Source: Halopenitus sp.
GTDB lineage: Archaea; Halobacteriota; Halobacteria; Halobacteriales; Haloferacaceae
Assembly (NCBI GenBank): GCA_042219525.1
Contig: JBDGPU010000017.1
Span: 2,241 to 66,240 of the forward strand
DNA length: 64,000 nt
Reading direction: 5' to 3'
Positions 56,068 through 64,000 of this stretch are shown piece after piece. A program made the translations under genes and the position numbers. Positions within the stretch are counted from its first letter, which is position 1. Each line of letters starts with the position of its first letter. The notes under the pieces were generated by a model. That model searched no databases and was not told the DNA's origin. It saw nothing but the letters and a program-made list of their open reading frames with translations.

Positions 56068-57032
56068 GAAAACCTCCGGTGATGCTCTATCTTAAACCGC
56101 ATCACTCGCATAAAGCAATGGGCGAGGCTGTTGGCGCTGAGTTTGTCGAACTCGACCGTGGGGGAGTACTGAGCCGGATCAGGACTGCAAAAAATCTTGA
56201 TCTTGGCGATCGAACAGTCATAACAGAGGGAGGAAAACCACTTTTCCAAGCAGCATGGATGAAAAAGTTTGGGAACTGTGGGCGAGTGATTCATCTCGCT
56301 GCCGACGAAACCCTCATGAATATCGTTCGTAAACTTCCACATTACCGTCAGCGTGACCGTCTGGCTCACTGGTGGTGCCATCGGCATGTAGACGGCGTTC
56401 TGGCAATTTCACCCCAACTCACTGCGGAAGCCCGAGCAATAGGGATTGATAATGTCCGAACGATCCATCCGTTTCCGACGCCCAAAAAATGGGAACAACT
56501 AGGTAATATCGAACCTGATTACAATAGCAACCAAGTTCTTGTTGTCGGATCAAATGTCGCCAAGAACGGATTAAACATCCTTCAAGACATTGCTGATGAA
56601 ATAAACTTGGATATAGAAATAGATGTCGCAGGACCTCAGACAAAAGAACTTTCCTCAAAAAATGTCACAGGTCATGGGTTTGTTCCGGAGTCGGAGTTCT
56701 ATAACCTATTTCGGAAGAGCGCTGCATTTCTACTCCCTGCTAGATCACAGGCTTTCGCATTGTCGCCCATAGAAGCTATGCGTGCAGGAATACCACCAGT
56801 AGTAACTGTCGAAACGGGTTGTCAAGCATATATTGGAAAAGCAGCACCAGAGTTAGTAAATGGACGTCGTCCCGACTTAATGGCCGAAAGTCTTGAATGG
56901 GCACTTGAGAACCCAGATGTCGCGGACAGGGTTAATAAGATAGCTGACTATTTTAATCCCACCCAGGGGATCAAACTGTTCCGAACCGCCTACAAGCAAG
57001 TACTTAAGCAAGCAGAAGCGAATTCAAGTTAG
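56061..57032 (+). CDS. divergent GT-B-like glycosyltransferase, paralog B
   Basis: 323 aa. It aligns by eye along its whole length with 53247..54215 (e.g. AEFVE...GGVL.R, EGG.PLF.A, HLAAD.TL, RLAH, IHPF, GHGFV.ES.FY.L). Confidence 0.6.
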   Translation: MVGKPPVMLYLKPHHSHKAMGEAVGAEFVELDRGGVLSRIRTAKNLDLGDRTVITEGGKPLFQAAWMKKFGNCGRVIHLAADETLMNIVRKLPHYRQRDRLAHWWCHRHVDGVLAISPQLTAEARAIGIDNVRTIHPFPTPKKWEQLGNIEPDYNSNQVLVVGSNVAKNGLNILQDIADEINLDIEIDVAGPQTKELSSKNVTGHGFVPESEFYNLFRKSAAFLLPARSQAFALSPIEAMRAGIPPVVTVETGCQAYIGKAAPELVNGRRPDLMAESLEWALENPDVADRVNKIADYFNPTQGIKLFRTAYKQVLKQAEANSS

Positions 57033-57033
57033 A

Positions 57034-58014
57034 ATGACGGTTGGAGACTGGCTTGAGGAAGTAAGGCAAGATTACTCAAAATACGGAATAAAGGGACTCA
57101 AGTTCAACGCTGAAGACTTATTTCACGGACTGTTGAGCCGAGGCGGTTTTTGGGTTAACTATGGTGAAGATCACTATAACCAGAATTGGGACCTACTTAT
57201 CATACTTGATGCTTGTCGTTGGGATCTCTTTGAGGAAGTAGTAAGTGAGTATGATTTTATTGAGACATCTTCAACGTTTATGTCTAATTCCTCCCACTCA
57301 CGGGAGTGGCTCCACAAACATTTCATGGATGAGCCAAGTGGACTTGAGATGATCAAGGTGTGGAATCGCATCCTTCGCGATCCGGATGATATGGGCATTT
57401 TTGAGGATTATTATACCATGTCAAATAGATCGGAACTGGGGAAAACCGCATACGTAACCTGGAACGTCTTCGGACAGATGCTAGACGGAGACGCGTTCAA
57501 GGAGTTCGTACCGGTCGGAAGAGCGGCCTGGGGTGATGACCAGCAAATACTGGAACCCCGGATAATAACCGATGAGACGATTAGGGTTATGCGAGAGAGC
57601 GACCCAGAATACACTATTGCTCACTACATGCAACCACATACACCATTCCGCGATAGCGATGGCCTGCAAAACGAGGGAAGTGTATGGGAGCGGATCCAGC
57701 GCGGTGAGAAGGACTACGATGAAGCTTGGGGGGAGTATAAACAGAATCTAAGATGGGTGCTTGATGACGTCGAACTTCTGTTAGAAAATGTCGAAGCGGA
57801 AAACGTTGCTATTACAGCCGATCATGGAAATGCAATCGGTGAGTGGGGATGTTACGGTCATCGACCTTATGTACCGAATCCTGCTGTTAAGCGGGTCCCT
57901 TGGGCTACTGCAACAGCGACCGATGAAGAAACGCACATACCAGAATTTGATGAACGTAGCGAGGCTACCGAATCTGAGGTTGAAGAGCGTCTTGAGGCAC
58001 TTGGTTACGCTTAA
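57034..58014 (+). CDS. short alkaline-phosphatase-superfamily (sulfatase/phosphodiesterase-like) protein
   Basis: 326 aa with LIILDACRWD, SNSSHSREW, HYMQPHTPF, ADHGNAIGEWGCYGH and C-terminal LEALGYA motifs. Same motif order as 54212..55579. Confidence 0.6.
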   Translation: MTVGDWLEEVRQDYSKYGIKGLKFNAEDLFHGLLSRGGFWVNYGEDHYNQNWDLLIILDACRWDLFEEVVSEYDFIETSSTFMSNSSHSREWLHKHFMDEPSGLEMIKVWNRILRDPDDMGIFEDYYTMSNRSELGKTAYVTWNVFGQMLDGDAFKEFVPVGRAAWGDDQQILEPRIITDETIRVMRESDPEYTIAHYMQPHTPFRDSDGLQNEGSVWERIQRGEKDYDEAWGEYKQNLRWVLDDVELLLENVEAENVAITADHGNAIGEWGCYGHRPYVPNPAVKRVPWATATATDEETHIPEFDERSEATESEVEERLEALGYA

Positions 58015-58089
58015 TTCATGAATTTGCACATTACCAGAAACCCACCAAAAATTTTTGAAATAATTTGCAGTTTGTAGAACGATAGTGTA

Positions 58090-59556
58090 ATGGGTGAAAT
58101 AAATCCGAAAGAGGTGAAAATTGGCGCCGAAGCTTTGTCCGGAGGCGTCGCCCGTATTGCTCTTCTTGGGATCGGTTTTGTCGGAAGCGTTGTATTTGCG
58201 AGGGTTCTCGGTGCTACTGGATTTGGAGCATTCTATCTACTTGTCACTCTTGAAAATGTGATTGACCGACCAGTGATTGGTCTTTCTGAATCTGTACAGA
58301 AGAGGCTTTCAGAGGCGGAGACTGACCCAGAAGAATATTTCGGTGCCTTTCTCCTCGGATTTGCGACTTTCCTTACATTTATAATAATTCTAACGATAGT
58401 GTACAAAGACCCACTTAATGATTATATTCAGCGAAGCGACGCCTACTTGCTGTTTGCTGTGTTACTTTTGACACTCTCGGCACAGGAGTCGTTTAGCAAA
58501 ATACTCGCCGCAACGGGACGACTTGGGCTAGTTAATTGGATAGACACTCTTCGTTCATTTATAACAATTCCACTACAGGTTCTATTAATTCTATCCGGAT
58601 ATGGCGTCGTAGGAATGACCGTCGGACTCGGAGTTGCTTCTCTCATTACACCAGTACTAGTGATTTATTTGCTCGGCATTCGACCGGCCTTTCCTAATTT
58701 GAAAGTATTTGGTTCACTTCTTGAATACGGAAAATACAGTATACCAAACAGTATTACTTCGTTTGGATATGACCGAATCGCATTACTGGTTCTGGGATAC
58801 TATCTATCGCCAAATATTGTGGGATATTTTGAGGCAGCATTAAAACTGACCGTTCCGGCCCTTGCGATCGGCGCGGTTGCGTCAGGGGCACTTATGCCAA
58901 AAATAAGTAATCTCTCATCTAGGGGAGAAAATTTCACTCAAGAACTTCGGAACGTTATGAGTTATTCCAGCGTGTTCGCTATACCCATATTCTTTGGAGC
59001 AGTTGCGCTATCTCACAAACTCATGATTACAGTGTATGGAAGCGGGTTTGGACCAGGTTCGAAGTTTCTTACTGGCATTGCCCTCTATCGAGTAATCACA
59101 ACAAGAACAAAGCCGTTAGTAAGTACACTGCGCGGTCTTGATTTACCAAATCTGGACTTGATTGGTACAATTATCTCTTCCACCATTCTTTTAGCGGTCG
59201 GAGTCCCAGGGTTGCTCCGTTTCGGAGCCATGGGAATGCTTCTGGGGATTCTAGCTGCGGCTTTAAGCCGATATATCCTGAATACTGTATTCGTCAAAAA
59301 CCAAGTCGGGGAAGTTCCACATTACCCAAAACCATTTTTGGCTCAAATTGTCGGTGGTGTCGTGATGCTTATATTTCTCGAAATAGCTAAAAAAATGGTT
59401 ATTGTCTCCCCCTGGTACCGTGTATTCCTTTTAGTCGGCTTGGGTGCATTGATTTACTTCGTGGTGGTTGTTTCGATCTCCTCCGATGTACGTAGTACTG
59501 TGATAGCTGTTGGGACTGATTTCGCCAAGCAAAAACTTGATCGTCCACTCAAGTGA
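58090..59556 (+). CDS. MOP/Wzx-type oligosaccharide flippase (AglR-like)
   Basis: 488 aa, about 12-14 TM helices, typical polysaccharide-biosynthesis-protein architecture. Confidence 0.8.
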   Translation: MGEINPKEVKIGAEALSGGVARIALLGIGFVGSVVFARVLGATGFGAFYLLVTLENVIDRPVIGLSESVQKRLSEAETDPEEYFGAFLLGFATFLTFIIILTIVYKDPLNDYIQRSDAYLLFAVLLLTLSAQESFSKILAATGRLGLVNWIDTLRSFITIPLQVLLILSGYGVVGMTVGLGVASLITPVLVIYLLGIRPAFPNLKVFGSLLEYGKYSIPNSITSFGYDRIALLVLGYYLSPNIVGYFEAALKLTVPALAIGAVASGALMPKISNLSSRGENFTQELRNVMSYSSVFAIPIFFGAVALSHKLMITVYGSGFGPGSKFLTGIALYRVITTRTKPLVSTLRGLDLPNLDLIGTIISSTILLAVGVPGLLRFGAMGMLLGILAAALSRYILNTVFVKNQVGEVPHYPKPFLAQIVGGVVMLIFLEIAKKMVIVSPWYRVFLLVGLGALIYFVVVVSISSDVRSTVIAVGTDFAKQKLDRPLK

Positions 59557-59558
59557 TT

Positions 59559-60317
59559 TTATTCAACTATCAATGAGTGTATTTCCTCTACTGACAGACC
59601 ACTAATTTCTGTCGTGAAGAAGTTGTCATTCCGGCGAATGCGGTCTTTATCCCACTCCCACCATGCCAGTTCTTGTAACGTATCTCGAACCTCTTCACAG
59701 AATCGCCACCCAATATGCTCTGCAGGATTCCCGCCAACTATTTCATAAGGACGTACATCTCGCGAGACGAGTGCGTTAGCTCCGATTACGGCACCGTCTC
59801 CGATTGAAACTCCTGAAACTACGGTCGAATTGAGACCAAGCCAGACATCATTGCCGATCTTTACCTGTCCGCTGTCTGCTGTTTCTAATTCAGAGAATTC
59901 GTGCTGAGAATAGAACTTTCCTTGAAGTGAAGCCCTCGAGACGTCATGATCACGTTGCTGGATAGTAGCTCCCGAAGCGAATGCGCAGTAGTTTCCGATT
60001 GCCACATCCCCCACGATCCGATTACCATGAACTAAATTTGTTTCCCGACCCACCTTAACATTTCCTCGAAGAATACATTCTTTGCCAACAGATACCCCAT
60101 CTGACAGATGGATGCTACCCCCTCCTAACACTGTTCCAGTAGATATTTTTATATTGTTTCCAAAAGAAAGCGAAGGTTGTTTTGAACATGCATCTACCCT
60201 TAGATCGCATTTAACTCCTCTTTTTCGGAGTATCAATTGGGAAATAGTCCAGATAGCGAGAGGTTTGGCAGGTCCCAGAATCTGGCCGACTGTGTCCCTA
60301 ACACTCATATCAATCAT
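59559..60317 (-). CDS. hexapeptide-repeat (left-handed beta-helix) O-acetyltransferase, xenobiotic/Vat-CatB-like
   Basis: IGNDVWLGLNSTVVSGVSIGDGAVIGANALVSRDVRPYEIVGGNPAEHIGWRF followed by a WWEW tail. Confidence 0.8.
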   Translation of the reverse strand: MIDMSVRDTVGQILGPAKPLAIWTISQLILRKRGVKCDLRVDACSKQPSLSFGNNIKISTGTVLGGGSIHLSDGVSVGKECILRGNVKVGRETNLVHGNRIVGDVAIGNYCAFASGATIQQRDHDVSRASLQGKFYSQHEFSELETADSGQVKIGNDVWLGLNSTVVSGVSIGDGAVIGANALVSRDVRPYEIVGGNPAEHIGWRFCEEVRDTLQELAWWEWDKDRIRRNDNFFTTEISGLSVEEIHSLIVE

Positions 60318-60473
60318 TTATTCAGGTTGTTGCTTTTGAACCCAGTTCAACCAAAATTGAAATTACAGCCTTGGTGCAGTGGTGTTTAGTAGCTTGTGTC
60401 GCCATATCAACCTCAAGTTGAATATGGTTAATGAAAATGTTGAATCGAAGCGGCACATTATTCATTTTAATAC

Positions 60474-61616
60474 TCATTCGAACGCCTCTCGCAACTCCGA
60501 ATCAACCTCCCACGTCCCGTCACCTTTCCCACGCAACAGCTCAACACTCGCCCGGAACAGCGATACCTGTGTATCGAACAACGAATACAGCGCCTGCACG
60601 GGCCCGAGCAGGTCCCGCTGACCCAGATACGCGAACCCTCCAACCGCAAGCGGCACCATGAGACCACCAACACCGAACATCGAAACCGCCGCACCAGTCC
60701 CGACCAGGAGCGTCACGACCAGCAGCCACGGCGAGACGATCATGAACCACCAGTTGAACGGCAGCACGACCTTCCCGTACTTCCCGTACCGTCCCAGCGC
60801 GTCCCGGTGTTGCACGAGCAACCGGATCAGCCCCATCCCGCGCCGATCCTTCTGCTTCCGGCGCTTCACGAACTCGGAGTGGCTCGCCTCCATGTACTGC
60901 ACCGCGGGGTCGAAGATCACCCGACCACCCTGCCGACGGATCTTCAGCGCAAGCTCCGTGTCGTCAGCGAGCGAGTTCGGGTCGATGGGCAACAGCGCGT
61001 CGTTCTCGAACGCCGAAAACGGCCCGTGGAAGATCAGCGTCGAGTCGAGATGCGACTCCAATTGCTGGATGTGTGACTGCACACCTCGATAGCCTGACTC
61101 GACCTCGCTGCCCCCCAGAACCTCGACGTTGGTTCCCGTTACGGCCGCCACGTCGTCAGCCGCGAGGTTTGCGGCAGCCTCACGAAGCGCATCCGGCTTG
61201 AGTTTCGAGTCGCAGTCCGTCTTTACGACCATCTCCTTGCTCGCGGCCTCGTACGCGTCGTTGAGCGCGGGCGCCAGGCCCCGACGTTCGTCCTCTTCGA
61301 GCAAGACAAGCTCCGGAGCGTCGAGATCGGCGAAGTAGTCACGAATGACCTCCCGAGTATCATCAGTCGAGGAGTCGACGATCACCAGCTCCACCTTCTC
61401 CATCGGATAGTCCAGCTCGAGAACGTCGTCGAGCTTGGTCTCGACGATCGAGGACTCGTTGTAGGTCGGCAGCACAATGCTGACCTCGGGCTCCCACGCC
61501 TCCTTATCGACGGGGGAACCCGACGGTCGTTCGACGAGGTACAACGCGATGTAAACCACGTACGGGAGCCCCGTGAGCGACAGCAGTCCGATCACGAGCG
61601 CCACGAGGGAGTTCAT
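60474..61616 (-). CDS. membrane-anchored family-2 glycosyltransferase
   Basis: VSIVLPTYNES, DSSTDDT and TDCD motifs, with N- and C-terminal TM helices. ATG at 61616 chosen because the longer track ORF would overlap the divergent gene at 61719. Confidence 0.8.
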   Translation of the reverse strand: MNSLVALVIGLLSLTGLPYVVYIALYLVERPSGSPVDKEAWEPEVSIVLPTYNESSIVETKLDDVLELDYPMEKVELVIVDSSTDDTREVIRDYFADLDAPELVLLEEDERRGLAPALNDAYEAASKEMVVKTDCDSKLKPDALREAAANLAADDVAAVTGTNVEVLGGSEVESGYRGVQSHIQQLESHLDSTLIFHGPFSAFENDALLPIDPNSLADDTELALKIRRQGGRVIFDPAVQYMEASHSEFVKRRKQKDRRGMGLIRLLVQHRDALGRYGKYGKVVLPFNWWFMIVSPWLLVVTLLVGTGAAVSMFGVGGLMVPLAVGGFAYLGQRDLLGPVQALYSLFDTQVSLFRASVELLRGKGDGTWEVDSELREAFE

Positions 61617-61718
61617 ACACCGCTGTAACCCCACCGTATTCAAAACTCCAGCGGTTAGCGGGGTCCCATATTCCGCGAAACGACAAAGCCTATACGAGTC
61701 ACCGGTCCGGTTCGAACT

Positions 61719-62678
61719 ATGGATGCCGTCGTACTCGCCGGGGGATACGCAACTCGTCTCTGGCCGATAACTCGCCACCGCCCGAAGATGTTCCTGCCGG
61801 TCGGTGAGCAGACGGTCATCGACGACGTGTTCGCCGACCTCGAGGCCGACTCGCGGATCGAGGACGTCTACGTCTCGACCAACGAGCGCTTCGTCGACGA
61901 CTTTCGGGAATATCTCGCCGACGCCTCTTTCACAAAACCAGAACTCTCAGTCGAAGAAACCACGGACGAGGACGAGAAGTTCGGCGTCATCGGTGCGCTC
62001 GCACAGCTGGTCGAGCGCGAGAATGTCAAGGACGACCTCCTCGTCATCGCCGGCGACAACCTGATCAGTTTCGACGTCGCCGACTTCGTGGACTTCTTCG
62101 ACGAGGAAGGACAACCGGCCCTCGCCGCCTACGACGTCGAATCCCGGGAATCTGCGAAGTCCTACGGACTCGTCGAGCTCGACGACGAGGAAGTCGTCGA
62201 CTTTCAAGAGAAACCGGCTGACCCCCGAAGCACACTCGTTTCCATCGCCTGCTACGCGTTCCCGGCGGAGAACCTCACCAACCTCCGGGAGTACCTCGAC
62301 GCCGGAAAGAATCCGGATGAACCAGGCTGGTTCATCCAGTGGCTCCAGAACCGCGAGACGGTACGTGCCTACACCTTCGACGGCGCCTGGTTCGACATCG
62401 GGACGGCGGAGAGCTACCTCGATGCGGTCTCCTGGCACCTCGACGGAGAGTCGATCGTCTCCCCAGACGCCGACGTCCGGAACTCGGAGATCGGCGAGAA
62501 CGTCCACGTCATGGAAGGAGTAACCGTGGAAGATTCGACCCTCTCGAACACGGTCGTCTTCCCCGACAGCGAGATCGCGGGAGCCACGATCAGCAACTCG
62601 ATCGTCGACAGCGACGCCACGATCTCGAACGTCGACCTCGACGACAGCCTCGTCGGGCAACACACGTCCATACAGTAA
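61719..62678 (+). CDS. sugar-1-phosphate nucleotidylyltransferase with a C-terminal beta-helix domain
   Basis: MDAVVLAGGYATRLWPIT...PK.FLPV N-terminal signature, 319 aa. Confidence 0.85.
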   Translation: MDAVVLAGGYATRLWPITRHRPKMFLPVGEQTVIDDVFADLEADSRIEDVYVSTNERFVDDFREYLADASFTKPELSVEETTDEDEKFGVIGALAQLVERENVKDDLLVIAGDNLISFDVADFVDFFDEEGQPALAAYDVESRESAKSYGLVELDDEEVVDFQEKPADPRSTLVSIACYAFPAENLTNLREYLDAGKNPDEPGWFIQWLQNRETVRAYTFDGAWFDIGTAESYLDAVSWHLDGESIVSPDADVRNSEIGENVHVMEGVTVEDSTLSNTVVFPDSEIAGATISNSIVDSDATISNVDLDDSLVGQHTSIQ

Positions 62679-62735
62679 CCCCGCCACCGACCCCTCCTCG
62701 CAACTTACATATCCCCTTCCTGATTAGCCGCCCCC

Positions 62736-63653
62736 ATGCAAGGCAAACGCGTTCTCGTCACGGGCGGTGCCGGCTTCATCGGCTCCAACCTCGCCAACGC
62801 CCTCGCCGAGGACAACGACGTCCTCGTCGTCGACGACGAGTACCTCGGCACGGCCGAGAACCTCTCGGAAGCCGTCGAGTACCACGAGCAGAGCGTCCTC
62901 GTGGACGACCTCCCGACCGACGTGGACGTCGTGTTCCACCTCGCGGCGCTCTCCTCGTACGCGATGCACGAGGAGAACCCGCAGCGCGGCGCCCGGGTCA
63001 ACGTCGAGGGTTTCGTCAACACCGTCGAACAGGCCCGAAAGGACGGCTGTGACACCGTCGTCTACGCCTCCACCTCCTCGATCTACGGCGACCGCACGGA
63101 ACCCTCGCCGGAGAGCATGGACGTCGAGGCTCAGACGGGCTACGAGGCCTCCAAGCTCGCTCGCGAGCGCTACGGCGAGTACTTCCATAACCACTACGAC
63201 ATGAGCCTCGCCGGCTTGCGCTTCTTCTCCGTCTACCAGGGCTACGGTGGCGCCGAGGGGCACAAGGGCGAGTACGCGAACGTCATCGCCCAGTTCGCCG
63301 ACGACATCGCGCACGGCCGCTCGCCGGAACTCTACGGCGACGGCACCCAGACCCGCGACTTCACCCACGTCTCGGACGTCGTCCGCGGCCTCGAACTCGC
63401 GGCCGACCACGAACTCAACGGCATCTACAACCTCGGCACGGGCGAGCCGTACGACTTCAACACGGTCGTCGAGCTGATCAACGACGAGCTCGGCACCGAC
63501 GTCGAGCCGACGTACGTCGAGAACCCGATTCCGGAGGAGATCTACGTCCACGACACCTGCGCGGACGCTTCGAAACTGACCGAGGAGACGGGCTGGGAAC
63601 CGCAGGTCGACTTCGAAGAGGGCATCGAGCGCGTTTGTGAAGTATATAAGTAG
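62736..63653 (+). CDS. NAD-dependent nucleotide-sugar epimerase/dehydratase (SDR)
   Basis: VLVTGGAGFIGSNL Rossmann motif and the YEASK catalytic motif, 305 aa. Confidence 0.9.
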   Translation: MQGKRVLVTGGAGFIGSNLANALAEDNDVLVVDDEYLGTAENLSEAVEYHEQSVLVDDLPTDVDVVFHLAALSSYAMHEENPQRGARVNVEGFVNTVEQARKDGCDTVVYASTSSIYGDRTEPSPESMDVEAQTGYEASKLARERYGEYFHNHYDMSLAGLRFFSVYQGYGGAEGHKGEYANVIAQFADDIAHGRSPELYGDGTQTRDFTHVSDVVRGLELAADHELNGIYNLGTGEPYDFNTVVELINDELGTDVEPTYVENPIPEEIYVHDTCADASKLTEETGWEPQVDFEEGIERVCEVYK

Positions 63654-63745
63654 AAACGAACGACGGGAACTTCCGTATCTGGAGCTGTATTAGTCAGAAT
63701 AGAATCGAAGGATGTTCTCTGTCCGCGAAAACCGGAGATAGCAGA

Positions 63746-64000
63746 TTATTCTACCGTCACACTCTTCGCCAGATTCCGTGGCTTATCGATCGACCGCCCC
63801 TGCAACGCCGCCACGTGGTAGCTGAACAGCTGGAAGTAGACGTTCGCCACCAGCGGCTCCATCTCGCCTAGCTCCGGCACGGGGAACACCTCGTCCAGGT
63901 ACTTCTCGGCGTCTTCCACGACCGACGACGCACACCCGAGCACGGGTGCCCCACGCGATTCGACCTCCTTCACGTTGTTCAGCGTCTCATGCGCGTTCGA
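63746..64000 (-). CDS. glmS: glutamine--fructose-6-phosphate aminotransferase, 3' end (runs off the right edge)
   Basis: The C-terminus ...QLFSYHVAALQGRSIDKPRNLAKSVTVE is the invariant GlmS tail. The frame stays open to 64000. Confidence 0.85.
   Translation of the reverse strand, partial: SNAHETLNNVKEVESRGAPVLGCASSVVEDAEKYLDEVFPVPELGEMEPLVANVYFQLFSYHVAALQGRSIDKPRNLAKSVTVE

Larger units (their letters stand above)
52040..60470. other. low-G+C glycosylation island (probable horizontally acquired agl cassette)
   Basis: Hand counts: the 60-nt line at 58381 has 20 G+C and the line at 54241 has 30 G+C, versus 42 G+C for the line at 48841 in aglB. Composition changes abruptly at about 52040 and about 60470. 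Confidence 0.75.

Overview
High-G+C sequence (hand counts near 70% on sampled lines) with an acidic proteome, typical of a haloarchaeal (class Halobacteria) chromosome. I support about 60 protein genes. Most are housekeeping: class I aminotransferases, ribH, msrA, tyrA, aroA, tpiA, moaC, nnr, hflX, SBDS, cobT, two acyl-CoA dehydrogenases, and NCS2 and MFS transporters. Many long ORFs in the supplied track are antisense or alternate-frame artefacts of the high G+C, and I do not call them. The right third (47.9-64 kb) is an N-glycosylation (agl) locus. There aglB is translationally coupled to a DUF368 membrane protein. An approximately 8.4 kb low-G+C island follows, carrying a seven-gene, tightly overlapping operon: a GT4, two paralogous pairs of GT-B-like plus sulfatase-like genes, a methyltransferase and a flippase. 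A convergent acetyltransferase closes the island, followed by high-G+C sugar-nucleotide genes and glmS. Other notable content: (1) a solo IS1341-type tnpB element with subterminal hairpins; (2) a palindrome-dense non-coding repeat family present at two loci (about 4.6-5.4 kb and 25.8-26.3 kb); (3) an operon of a membrane-tethered wHTH regulator, an S8 subtilase-like protein and DUF5658, divergent from a processive GT2 synthase with a perfect palindrome in between; (4) a MinD-like ATPase next to a KaiC-like protein that has lost its P-loop; (5) two apparent frameshifted genes. I recognised no rRNA, tRNA or genuine CRISPR array by eye. All family assignments come from motif recognition without database searches, and start codons are my best guesses.
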